A stretch of 32,000 nt of DNA from Deinococcus radiodurans R1 = ATCC 13939 = DSM 20539. Lineage in GTDB: Bacteria; Deinococcota; Deinococci; Deinococcales; Deinococcaceae. Below, in pieces: positions 20,525 through 32,000 of this stretch (position 1 is the first letter of the stretch; each line of letters begins with the position of its first letter). The notes beneath the pieces were generated by a model. The model was given only the letters and a program-made list of their open reading frames with translations. It searched no databases and had not been told where the DNA came from. The stretch lies in contig NC_001263.1 in assembly GCF_000008565.1 (NCBI RefSeq), positions 571,213 to 603,212 on the forward strand. The letters are read 5' to 3'. Position numbers and translations under genes: made by a program.

Positions 20525-21793
20525 TCAGCGCCGTTCCCGTATTTGCCGCGCTTCGTCCAGCAGCCGCCGCGCCACCTCGCGCTTGCTGATGCGCGGCCAG
20601 TCGGCGTGCGTACCATCGGCGCGGACCAGAGTGACCTGATTGTCGTCGCCACCGAACGCGGTGCCCTCGCGGGTGGGGTAGTTGAGCAGGATAAAATCGG
20701 CGTTCTTGCGCTGCGCTTTCAGGGCGGCCCGCTCGACTCCGGCGTGCGTCTCCATCGCAAAGCCGACCAGCACCCGGCCCGGATGCGCGGCCTGCTCGGC
20801 GCCGAGTCCGGCCAGAATGTCGGGGTTGGGCGTGAGGTGAATGGTCACGTCGCCCGGCGTCTTGGCCTCCTTCTCGCTCTTAGGCGCGGCGGCGCGGTAA
20901 TCGGCGATGGCGGCGGTCATCACCACCATGTCGGCGTCTCCGGCAGCTTCCATGATGGCCGCCTGCATCTCCAGCGCCGTCTCGATGCGGACGGTCTGCA
21001 CGCCGCTCAGGTCCGGCAGGTTCACCGGTCCCGTCACCAGCACGACCTCGGCGCCACGCGTGCGGGCTTCCTCGGCCACCGCGAAGCCCATCTTGCCGCT
21101 GCTGGGGTTGGAGATGAAGCGCACCGGGTCCAGATACTCGCGCGTCGGCCCGGCGGAGACGACGACCTTCAACCCGGCGAGGTCTTGCGGCGCGGCCTCC
21201 GCTTCTGCGTCTTGTTCATTCAGCAAGGCCAGCGCCCGCGCCGCGATGGCTTCGGGTTCGGCCATTCGCCCCGTGCCCGACCCCTCGCCCGGCGTGCCGA
21301 AAGCGCCCGTCTCCGGCCCGAGAAACAGGTGGCCCCAGCCGCGCAGCCGCTCGGCGTTGGCTTGCACGGCGGGGTGCAGCCACATCCGCTCGTTCATGGC
21401 GGGCACCCACAGCACTTGCCCTTCGGCGCTCAGCAGCGTGGCGGTGGCCAGCGTGTCCGCGTGCCCGTGAGCGGCGGCGGCGAGCAGTTCGGCGGAGGCG
21501 CCCAGCACCACCGTCACTCGGGCGCGGGCGAGCGACAGGTGCTGCGCTATGGGCTGCGGCGCGAACCACGTCTCGTCGGTGGCAACCTCGCAGTTGCCGG
21601 CGGTGGCGAGGCTCAGCGGCGTGATGAACGCGAGCGCCGCGCGGGTGGCGATAACGGCGGTGCTCGCGCCTCCCTCGCGCAGCCGGCGCAGGGCCGTGGG
21701 CGCTTTGACGGCGGCCATGCTGCCCCCCACGATGACGAGACAGTCAGGAACGCCAGCAAGGTCAGGGGCGCGCAGGGTGGGCGTGCGGTTCAT
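20525..21793 (-). CDS. coaBC: Bifunctional phosphopantothenoylcysteine decarboxylase / phosphopantothenate-cysteine ligase
   Basis: N-terminal flavoprotein domain '[20 protein letters not shown]'. C-terminal DFP domain '[32 protein letters not shown]...VVLVTGPV'. Confidence 0.92.
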   Translation of the reverse strand: MNRTPTLRAPDLAGVPDCLVIVGGSMAAVKAPTALRRLREGGASTAVIATRAALAFITPLSLATAGNCEVATDETWFAPQPIAQHLSLARARVTVVLGASAELLAAAAHGHADTLATATLLSAEGQVLWVPAMNERMWLHPAVQANAERLRGWGHLFLGPETGAFGTPGEGSGTGRMAEPEAIAARALALLNEQDAEAEAAPQDLAGLKVVVSAGPTREYLDPVRFISNPSSGKMGFAVAEEARTRGAEVVLVTGPVNLPDLSGVQTVRIETALEMQAAIMEAAGDADMVVMTAAIADYRAAAPKSEKEAKTPGDVTIHLTPNPDILAGLGAEQAAHPGRVLVGFAMETHAGVERAALKAQRKNADFILLNYPTREGTAFGGDDNQVTLVRADGTHADWPRISKREVARRLLDEARQIRERR

Positions 21794-21859
21794 GGCCCGA
21801 TGATGGCAGAGGCGCGGGCCACTCTCGACAAGTCCCCCTTTCTGGTGCGCTTTAAGAGT

Positions 21860-21865
21860 TAAAGT
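21860..21865 (+). promoter_or_regulatory. Candidate -10 box (TAAAGT) for a leaderless transcript starting at ATG 21872
   Basis: TAAAGT lies 6 nt before ATG 21872, in a locally AT-richer divergent region. Confidence 0.35.
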
Positions 21866-21871
21866 ATCCCC

Positions 21872-21993
21872 ATGACCTGGCTGGTGCCCATCTCCATCGC
21901 TTCCGACGCGCAGGCCGTGTTTGATCAGTTTCTGGCCGAGCTCGAGCGGCGGCTGGCCGACCCGCAGACCGACCGTACGCCCTGGCCCGCGAG

Positions 21994-22009
<16 letters not shown>
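21872..22009 (+). CDS. 45-codon ORF: either the frameshifted N-terminus of the downstream acetyltransferase or a coupled upstream ORF
   Basis: ATG 21872 to TGA 22007-22009, translating to [45 protein letters not shown]. The first 35 codons have high GC3 and the last 10 use rare-looking codons (AGG twice). The TGA shares its A with ATG 22009 of the acetyltransferase frame. Confidence 0.4.
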
Positions 22010-22761
<752 letters not shown>

Positions 22762-22773
22762 GCGCCGGGGCCG

Positions 22774-23271
22774 TTATTTCTTCGGATTGCGCTGGGCGTA
22801 ATCGTCTTTGAACATCTTGAAGAGGTCGCTGAGGACCGTATCGAACACCTTTTGTGCGTCCTGAGCGGAGTAGATGCCCTTTTGCGCCCGCCAGGTCCGG
22901 CCCTCCCACAGGGTCGGCAACGCCACGTCCTGATCGTTGTCGAGGGTCAGGTTGCTCAGCAGTTCCAGGCGGGCCACCACGATGCCGGGGGCGCCCTTGT
23001 TGTCCATTTCGTAGGTGAGGGACACGACGCGGTCACAGCGGTCGGCGGCGTCGAACTCGGAGGCTTTGATGCCCAGGCCGCTCAGCATGGCGCTCATGCG
23101 CGTCTCGGCGCTCTTGTTCAGCGTCTTGGACTCTTTGCCGTCCACCACGGCGTAGCCGTCGTAGCAGAGTTTGGCGCCGTCGTTGAGGACGACAAGATTG
23201 TTTCCCGGCGTGCTGGCAGCGGCGAGGGACAGCAGGCTCATGAAGGCGAGGGGCAGCGCAAACTTTTTCAT
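22774..23271 (-). CDS. Hypothetical secreted protein (165 aa)
   Basis: Strong SD GGAGG (+ coordinates 23277-23281) 5 nt from the ATG. Signal peptide 'MKKFALPLAFMSLLSLAAA'. Confidence 0.8.
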   Translation of the reverse strand: MKKFALPLAFMSLLSLAAASTPGNNLVVLNDGAKLCYDGYAVVDGKESKTLNKSAETRMSAMLSGLGIKASEFDAADRCDRVVSLTYEMDNKGAPGIVVARLELLSNLTLDNDQDVALPTLWEGRTWRAQKGIYSAQDAQKVFDTVLSDLFKMFKDDYAQRNPKK

Positions 23272-23291
23272 GGGTTCCTCCGGTGCGGCCC

Positions 23292-23297
23292 AGGATA
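23292..23297 (-). promoter_or_regulatory. Candidate -10 box (TATCCT) giving a short SD-containing leader for the 23271 gene
   Basis: Reverse complement of AGGATA, 20 nt upstream of ATG 23271. Confidence 0.35.
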
Positions 23298-23386
23298 CCG
23301 TCTTTTCGTCGGCTCCCGGCCGGTGACGCGGTGAAGTCGGACCGAGCGTTCAGAAGACGTTCACGCCTTGTGCCCGGAGCGGCACC

Positions 23387-23392
23387 TACAAT
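23387..23392 (+). promoter_or_regulatory. Candidate -10 box (TACAAT) for a leaderless mRNA starting at ATG 23400
   Basis: TACAAT lies 7 nt before ATG 23400. Confidence 0.45.
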
Positions 23393-23399
23393 CCCAGGC

Positions 23400-24014
23400 A
23401 TGACGAACCGTAAATCTTCGGGTGTGGGCACGGCTGTCCTCGTCACCGTGGCGACGGTCGGCGCGGCGGCGGGGGCGGCCCTGCTCGCGCGGCGGCGCAA
23501 GGGTGACATCAAGGAGTTCGTGGTCGCCAACGTGCTGGAAAAACCCGCCGGGCGCTCCAGCTTCACCGACCTCGGCCAGAACCTCGAGCGCGGCGGCACC
23601 TTTCTGACCGGGCGGGCCGAGCGCGCCGCCGACACCCCGGAAAACCGTGAAGTGCTCGCCCACATCATCGGCATCGAGCGCTGGGGCCAGAGCCGCATTC
23701 AGGTCGCCCTCGGCCAGCGCGAGTTCGTGCGCGACGAGTACCGCGGCTACCGCCCCGAGGGAGGTGCCACGCTGGGGCAACTGCGTAGCCTGCTCTCGCA
23801 AACCCGCGCCCGCACGGTGGACCTCGCCCGGCAACTGCACTTCAACCCGCCCGACGACGACTTCGTGGTCGAGCACAACGGCCTGGGGCCACTGACCGCC
23901 AAAGGCTGGCTGCGTTACCTCAACCAGCACGCCGACCTCGAAAGCCGCAAGCTGCGCGGCGCCGGGGGCACGGCAGTCCACGAGGAAGAGACGCAGCAGG
24001 CGCCAGCTTCCTGA
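23400..24014 (+). CDS. Membrane-anchored hypothetical protein, possibly DinB-superfamily
   Basis: Start moved to ATG 23400 (MTNRKSSGVGTAVLVTVATVGAAAGAALLA = N-terminal TM helix). The helical C-terminal domain has spaced His residues ('LAHIIGIERW', 'VVEHNG', 'LNQHADLE') reminiscent of DinB-like four-helix bundles. The family call is tentative. Confidence 0.6.
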   Translation: MTNRKSSGVGTAVLVTVATVGAAAGAALLARRRKGDIKEFVVANVLEKPAGRSSFTDLGQNLERGGTFLTGRAERAADTPENREVLAHIIGIERWGQSRIQVALGQREFVRDEYRGYRPEGGATLGQLRSLLSQTRARTVDLARQLHFNPPDDDFVVEHNGLGPLTAKGWLRYLNQHADLESRKLRGAGGTAVHEEETQQAPAS

Positions 24015-24029
24015 GCGAGAGGGCGCCTC

Positions 24030-24064
24030 AAAAAGGGGAGGGAACCGGTTGTGGCTCCCTCCCC
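24030..24064 (-). terminator. Rho-independent terminator of ftsH
   Basis: Perfect 9-bp stem GGGGAGGGA (24035-24043) / TCCCTCCCC (24056-24064). On the minus strand it is followed by TTTTT (+ AAAAA 24030-24034). It lies 13 nt past the ftsH stop. Confidence 0.8.
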
Positions 24065-24076
24065 ACCCGTTATCGC

Positions 24077-25933
<1,857 letters not shown>

Positions 25934-25965
25934 CGCCCGCTCTCCGCCCCGTAGGTCATGCCTCC

Positions 25966-25971
25966 AGTCTA
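25966..25971 (-). promoter_or_regulatory. Candidate -10 box (TAGACT) upstream of ftsH
   Basis: Reverse complement of AGTCTA. It lies 6 nt before an upstream ATG (25959) and 32 nt before the ftsH ATG 25933, which has GGAG about 8 nt upstream. Confidence 0.35.
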
Positions 25972-26191
25972 CGGCGGCGCCCGGAAACGCAGTGCAGTCA
26001 GAGCAGCAAATGGCAGGCGCCTGCGCTCAGGGGCGTCCCCCGCCCCCTCCCTCCGGTCGGATTTCATCCTGCTTTCAGCGGGGTTCAATCGCAAGCCGTC
26101 TCATACGGTTTTAATCCGATTCCCGAATATCCGGAAGAGGCGCCGGATGCTCGTCCATCTCCTTAGAACCGTATTTTTTTCCATGCGCTCC

Positions 26192-26220
26192 GCGCAAAAT
26201 TGCGCCCGGAGATGTCCGGG
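26192..26220 (-). terminator. Candidate terminator / structured element after purU
   Basis: On the minus strand: CCCGGA-CATC-TCCGGG, followed by the palindrome GCGCAATTTTGCGC. Confidence 0.3.
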
Positions 26221-26238
26221 ACTCAATTTGAAACCGTC

Positions 26239-27135
26239 TCAGAACACCACCGTCTTGTTTCCGTACACCAGCACCCGGTCTTCCACGTGCGCTTTGACGG
26301 CGCGGGCGAGCACCTGCCGCTCCACGTCGCGGCCCATCCGCATCAGGGTGTCGGGGGTTTCGCGGTGGGTGACCGGAATCACGTCCTGGGCGATAATCGG
26401 CCCGGCGTCGAGTTCCTCGGTCACGTAGTGGCTGGTCGCGCCGATGAGTTTCACGCCCCGGTTGAACGCGGCGCGGTAGGGGTTGGCGCCGATGAACGCG
26501 GGCAGGAATGAGTGGTGGATGTTGATGACCGGGCGCCCGAAGCCGCGCAGAAAGTCGCTGCTCAGAATCTGCATGTAGCGGGCGAGCACCGCGAAGTCGG
26601 CCCCCGCCTCGTGCATCAGCCGAACCTGCTCGGCCTCGGCCTCGGCCTTGTTGGCCTTCGTCACGGGAATGACGTGAAAGGGAATGCCGAACATCTCCGC
26701 GTCGCGGCGCAGGTCCTCGTGGTTGGACAGAATCAGCGGAATCTCCACGTTCAGTTCGCCCCGGCGCCGGCGCCACAGCAGGTCGAGAAAACAGTGGTCG
26801 TAGCGGCTGACGAGCACCGCCATCTTCTTGGGCTGCGAGGCGAGGTTCAGCCGCCAGTCCATGCCCAGGGGCCGCGCCACCACCTGCTCAAAGGCGCGCT
26901 CGAACGCCTCGCGGGTCAGGTCGAGGCCGCCCAGGAAAAACTCCATTCGCATGAAAAACTGCCCGCCCGCCGGGTCGGTGCTGTGCTGGTCGCTGTGGAT
27001 GATGTTGGCGCCGTGGTTGTGCAGAAACTGCGACACGGCGGCCACGATGCCCGGCTGGTCGGCGCAGGAAATGGTGAGGGTCGCGGTCTGCGAGAGGTCG
27101 GGCAACTCCGGAAGCGCGGCGTCGGGCGTCGTCAT
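26239..27135 (-). CDS. purU: Formyltetrahydrofolate deformylase
   Basis: N-terminal ACT domain '[19 protein letters not shown]'. Formyltransferase core '[48 protein letters not shown]'. Confidence 0.92.
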   Translation of the reverse strand: MTTPDAALPELPDLSQTATLTISCADQPGIVAAVSQFLHNHGANIIHSDQHSTDPAGGQFFMRMEFFLGGLDLTREAFERAFEQVVARPLGMDWRLNLASQPKKMAVLVSRYDHCFLDLLWRRRRGELNVEIPLILSNHEDLRRDAEMFGIPFHVIPVTKANKAEAEAEQVRLMHEAGADFAVLARYMQILSSDFLRGFGRPVINIHHSFLPAFIGANPYRAAFNRGVKLIGATSHYVTEELDAGPIIAQDVIPVTHRETPDTLMRMGRDVERQVLARAVKAHVEDRVLVYGNKTVVF

Positions 27136-27141
27136 CCGGCC

Positions 27142-27147
27142 AGGATA
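27142..27147 (-). promoter_or_regulatory. Candidate -10 box (TATCCT) for a leaderless purU mRNA
   Basis: Reverse complement of AGGATA, 6 nt from ATG 27135. Confidence 0.45.
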
Positions 27148-27212
27148 CCGGAGCGGCCCCCCGGCACCGGGCGGTGCGGGGCGAGAGGGACGCCGGACAT
27201 GGCCTCATGCCG

Positions 27213-27218
27213 TACCCT
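27213..27218 (+). promoter_or_regulatory. Candidate -10 box (TACCCT) for a leaderless aminopeptidase mRNA
   Basis: TACCCT lies 7 nt before ATG 27226. Confidence 0.4.
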
Positions 27219-27225
27219 CAGCCTC

Positions 27226-28341
27226 ATGACCTCCACTTCCATGGCTTCGCTGCTCGCCTACGACCCCGAACGCCACGCCGAACTGCTCGCGCACTACTGC
27301 CTCTCCGCTCAGCCCGGCGAGCGGCTGCTGGTGGGCGCGAGCACCGCCGCCGCGCCCCTGGTGGCCGCCACCAGCCGCGCCCTGCTGCGGGCCGGAGCGC
27401 GTCCCGCCGTGCGCCTGAGCTATCCGGGGCAGGACGAGGACTTCGCGGCGCTGGCCGCCGACGCCGTACTCGACGAGGTGCCGCAGGGCGAACTCGACGA
27501 CATGCGCGGCATGGACGGCTCGCTGCGCATCCTGACGCCGGAAGCGGCCCAGCCCGCCGACGCGGCCCGCGCGGCCCGGCTGCTTGCCTCGCGCGCCGAA
27601 CTCGCCGCCCTGCGCTCGCAGAAAAAGTGGAGCCTGACCCTCTACCCGACCCCGCACGCCGCCGCGCAAGCGGGCATGACGCTCGCCGAGTTCGAGGATT
27701 TCGTCATGCGGGCGATGTTTCTGGACCGCCCCGACCCGGTGGCCGCCTGGGGCGAGGTGCGCGAGTTGCAGGCCCGGCTCATCGAGCGCCTGTCGCGCGC
27801 CGACGTGGTCCGCATCGAGGCGCCCGGCACCGACCTGACGCTGCGGGTGGGGGGGCGCATTTGGTCGAACAGCGACGGCAAACGCAACATGCCGAGCGGC
27901 GAGGTCTTCACCGGCCCGCTCGAAGACAGCGCCGAGGGCGTCGTTACCTTCACCGTGCCCGCCTCCTACCAGGGACAGACGGTGCGCGGCGCCCGGCTGG
28001 TCTTCCGTGCCGGGCAGGTGGTGGAAGCGAGCGCCGAGGAAGGCGAGGCGGTGCTGCACGCTGCCCTGGACACCGACCCCGGCGCCCGGCGACTCGGCGA
28101 GCTCGGCATCGGCACCAATTTCGGCATTCAGCGCGGCATCGGCAACATTCTCTTCGACGAGAAAATCGGCGGCACGGTCCACCTCGCCATCGGCAAGAGC
28201 TACCCCGAAACCGGCGGCCTGAACCGCAGCGCCGTGCACTGGGACCTCATCACCGATCTGCGGGCCGCGTCTGGGGCTGGGGGCGGGCGGCTGCTGCTCG
28301 ACGGCGAGGTGTGGCAAGAAGGGGGGCGCTTCCTGTCCTGA
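27226..28341 (+). CDS. M29-family aminopeptidase (AmpS/PepS/aminopeptidase T-like)
   Basis: '[22 protein letters not shown]', '[12 protein letters not shown]' and '[17 protein letters not shown]' are M29 signatures. The listed ORF (26512) runs antisense through purU. In-frame ATGs are at 27199, 27226 and 27241; 27226 was chosen from the -10 spacing. Confidence 0.85.
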   Translation: MTSTSMASLLAYDPERHAELLAHYCLSAQPGERLLVGASTAAAPLVAATSRALLRAGARPAVRLSYPGQDEDFAALAADAVLDEVPQGELDDMRGMDGSLRILTPEAAQPADAARAARLLASRAELAALRSQKKWSLTLYPTPHAAAQAGMTLAEFEDFVMRAMFLDRPDPVAAWGEVRELQARLIERLSRADVVRIEAPGTDLTLRVGGRIWSNSDGKRNMPSGEVFTGPLEDSAEGVVTFTVPASYQGQTVRGARLVFRAGQVVEASAEEGEAVLHAALDTDPGARRLGELGIGTNFGIQRGIGNILFDEKIGGTVHLAIGKSYPETGGLNRSAVHWDLITDLRAASGAGGGRLLLDGEVWQEGGRFLS

Positions 28342-28375
28342 AGTCGGCTGCACCTTTGGGCGGGGGTGCGCGGCC

Positions 28376-28381
28376 TATCCT
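28376..28381 (+). promoter_or_regulatory. Candidate -10 box (TATCCT) for a leaderless clpS-mrr-clpA transcript
   Basis: TATCCT lies 7 nt before ATG 28389. Confidence 0.45.
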
Positions 28382-28388
28382 CGGAGCC

Positions 28389-28730
28389 ATGACCCGCCCG
28401 ACCATCCCACCCGGCCCGCCCGGCGCCGAGGGCCGCACCCAGACGCTGGAACGCACCGAGACCAAAAAACCGAGGCTGTGGCGCGTGCTGCTGCTCAACG
28501 ACGACTACACCCCGATGGACTACGTGGTGCAAGTCCTTGAGCAGTTTTTCCGCAAGACCGAGCAGGAAGCTGAACTCATCATGCTCGCCGTTCACCACAA
28601 GGGGCAGGGTGTGGCGGGCGTGTATACCCGCGACGTGGCCGAAACGAAGGTCGCGCAGGTGACGGCCCACGCCCAGCGTGAGGGGCACCCGCTGCGGGTG
28701 GTGGCCGAGCCGGAGAGCGAAGGGGAGTGA
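28389..28730 (+). CDS. clpS: ATP-dependent Clp protease adaptor ClpS
   Basis: 'WRVLLLNDDYTPMDYVVQVLEQFFRKTEQEAELIMLAVHHKGQGVAGVYTRDVAETK' is the canonical ClpS core. 113 aa, embedded in a longer spurious listed ORF (27174..28730). Confidence 0.93.
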   Translation: MTRPTIPPGPPGAEGRTQTLERTETKKPRLWRVLLLNDDYTPMDYVVQVLEQFFRKTEQEAELIMLAVHHKGQGVAGVYTRDVAETKVAQVTAHAQREGHPLRVVAEPESEGE

Positions 28731-29647
28731 CCGTTCCCGACTTTCAGGCGTTCATGCGTCCGATGCTGGAGCAGATTTCCAGCGGTGAGCCGCAGAAAAT
28801 AGCCGAGCTTTACCGGCGACTGGCCGAATTTTTTGCCCTGACGCCGCAGGACACCGAAGAACTGCTGCCGAGCGGCAAACAGGCCAAGTACCACAACCGC
28901 ATTCTGTGGGCCAAGTTTCACCTGGACCGGGCGGGTGTCCTCACCACACCCAGTCGAGGCGTCGTACAAATCACGCCTCTGGGCCGCGAATTTCTGTCGC
29001 GTTATCCGGAACACATCGGGATGCGCGAGCTTCAGACCATTCCGGCTTACGCCGAGTTCACCCGCAGGAGCCGCTCACCGGCTCAGAGTCCTGCGCCCGC
29101 CGCACCGCCCCAGGCCGAATGTTCTGCCAGCGTGCCGCCTGCCGAGCAAATTGACGCTCTCTACGCCGAACTCACCGCCAACCTCGCCGAAGAATTGCTC
29201 GCGCAGGTCAAGGAGCTTTCGCCCGCGCAGTTCGAGCGGCTGGTGGTCGAGGTGCTGGTGGCGATGGGCTACGGCGGCAGCGTGCGCGACGCGGGGCAAG
29301 CACTCGGGCGCAGCGGCGACAACGGCATCGACGGCCTCATCAAGCAGGACCCGCTGGGCCTCGACCGCATCTACCTGCAAGCCAAGCGCTGGAAAAACAC
29401 CGTCCACAGCCCCGAAATTCGCACCTTTTCGGGCAGCCTGACCTACCACAAGGCGACCAAGGGCGTGTTCATCACTACGTCCGGGTTCAGCGACGGGGCA
29501 AAGGCCACCGCCGGGCAAATCGGCAACATCATTTTGCTGGATGGTGAAACGCTCGCCCACCTGATGATCGAGTACGGCGTGGGCGTGCTGACCCGCGAGA
29601 CCTACCAGATTCGCCGCTTAGACGCGGATTATTTCGAGGAGTTGTAA
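28727..29647 (+). CDS. mrr: Mrr-family type IV (modification-dependent) restriction endonuclease
   Basis: N-terminal Mrr_N winged helix ('VPDFQAFMRPMLEQISSGEP...YHNRILWAKFHLDRAGVL...ITPLGREFL'). C-terminal Mrr_cat with D...QxK ('DNGIDGLI...IYLQAKRW') and 'GVFITTSGFS'. GTG 28727 overlaps the clpS TGA (GTGA). Confidence 0.88.
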   Translation: MTVPDFQAFMRPMLEQISSGEPQKIAELYRRLAEFFALTPQDTEELLPSGKQAKYHNRILWAKFHLDRAGVLTTPSRGVVQITPLGREFLSRYPEHIGMRELQTIPAYAEFTRRSRSPAQSPAPAAPPQAECSASVPPAEQIDALYAELTANLAEELLAQVKELSPAQFERLVVEVLVAMGYGGSVRDAGQALGRSGDNGIDGLIKQDPLGLDRIYLQAKRWKNTVHSPEIRTFSGSLTYHKATKGVFITTSGFSDGAKATAGQIGNIILLDGETLAHLMIEYGVGVLTRETYQIRRLDADYFEEL

Positions 29648-29652
29648 GCCTG

Positions 29653-31875
<2,223 letters not shown>

Positions 31876-31878
<3 letters not shown>

Positions 31879-32000
31879 GTATTTGACGGCATGAGGTTTC
31901 GTCAGGGCTGGTCTGGACGCCCCCTCACCCCTTGCTGCGCAAGGCCCTCTCTGCGATGCAGCTCTTCGAGTCCCGCAAGGGGCGAGGGTCAAAAATACGC
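31876..32000. repeat. SNR (MITE-like) copy, long-core subtype, truncated by the window end
   Basis: 'TGAGTATTTGAC' (begins at the clpA stop TGA 31876-31878) matches the copy A left TIR 'AGAGCATTTGAC' at 10/12. The core 31921-32000 is nearly identical to 14361-14439. Confidence 0.75.

Noticed and set aside
26111-26170. 15-codon minus-strand ORF (MDEHPAPLPDIRESD) preceded by AAGGAG, in the purU-ftsH spacer.
   Set aside because: The SD-like AAGGAG abuts the ATG with no spacer. The TACGGT hexamer upstream is at an atypical distance, and the peptide has no distinguishing features. It is also the tail of a spurious listed ORF (26111-26776).
26207-26227. ACTCAAT half-site, which suggested a second HAIR (HspR) operator upstream of ftsH.
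   Set aside because: The required partner half-site 7 nt away (CGGAGAT) matches CTTGAGT at only 2 of 7 positions. The site lies about 290 nt from the ftsH start, right after the purU stop.
26512-27225. 5' part of listed ORF 26512-28341, and listed ORF 27174-28730 extending upstream of clpS.
   Set aside because: The upstream portions run antisense through purU, or out of frame through the aminopeptidase, and lack homology. Only the 3' parts (aminopeptidase from 27226, ClpS from 28389) show family motifs.

Overview
High-GC (hand counts of about 65-70% G+C) chromosomal segment whose gene content and small noncoding repeats point to Deinococcus, probably D. radiodurans or a close relative; this is not verifiable without a database search. 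The window is mostly housekeeping and envelope genes. In order: malG-like permease (3' part), a cystine-type ABC binding protein plus permease, an EVE-domain protein, ilvA, a phosphoribosyltransferase, tRNA-Cys and tRNA-Val, several secreted hypotheticals, a rhodanese, an FAD oxidoreductase, a SpoIID/LptD-like/lipoprotein envelope operon, secA, trmJ, an orphan GAF histidine kinase, coaBC, an LbH acetyltransferase, a DinB-like protein, ftsH, purU, an M29 aminopeptidase, and clpS-mrr-clpA. No CRISPR array, transposase, integrase or prophage genes were seen. Items worth a second look: (1) an intact Mrr-type restriction nuclease translationally nested between clpS and clpA; (2) a bona fide LptD homologue, including the adjacent C-terminal Cys pair, coupled to SpoIID and a lipoprotein in a lineage described as lacking LPS; (3) a recurrent TAnnnT-N6-9-ATG leaderless promoter layout that relocates several start codons; (4) a near-consensus HspR-type inverted repeat between secA and trmJ; (5) a possible frameshift or coupled upstream ORF at the acetyltransferase, and a 9-codon upstream ORF overlapping the ftsH start; (6) MITE-like SNR repeats showing compensatory base changes and abutting stop codons; (7) a lower-GC secreted Tyr/Ser/Gly-repeat protein. 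The many very long ORFs antisense to recognised genes are high-GC shadow ORFs and were rejected.
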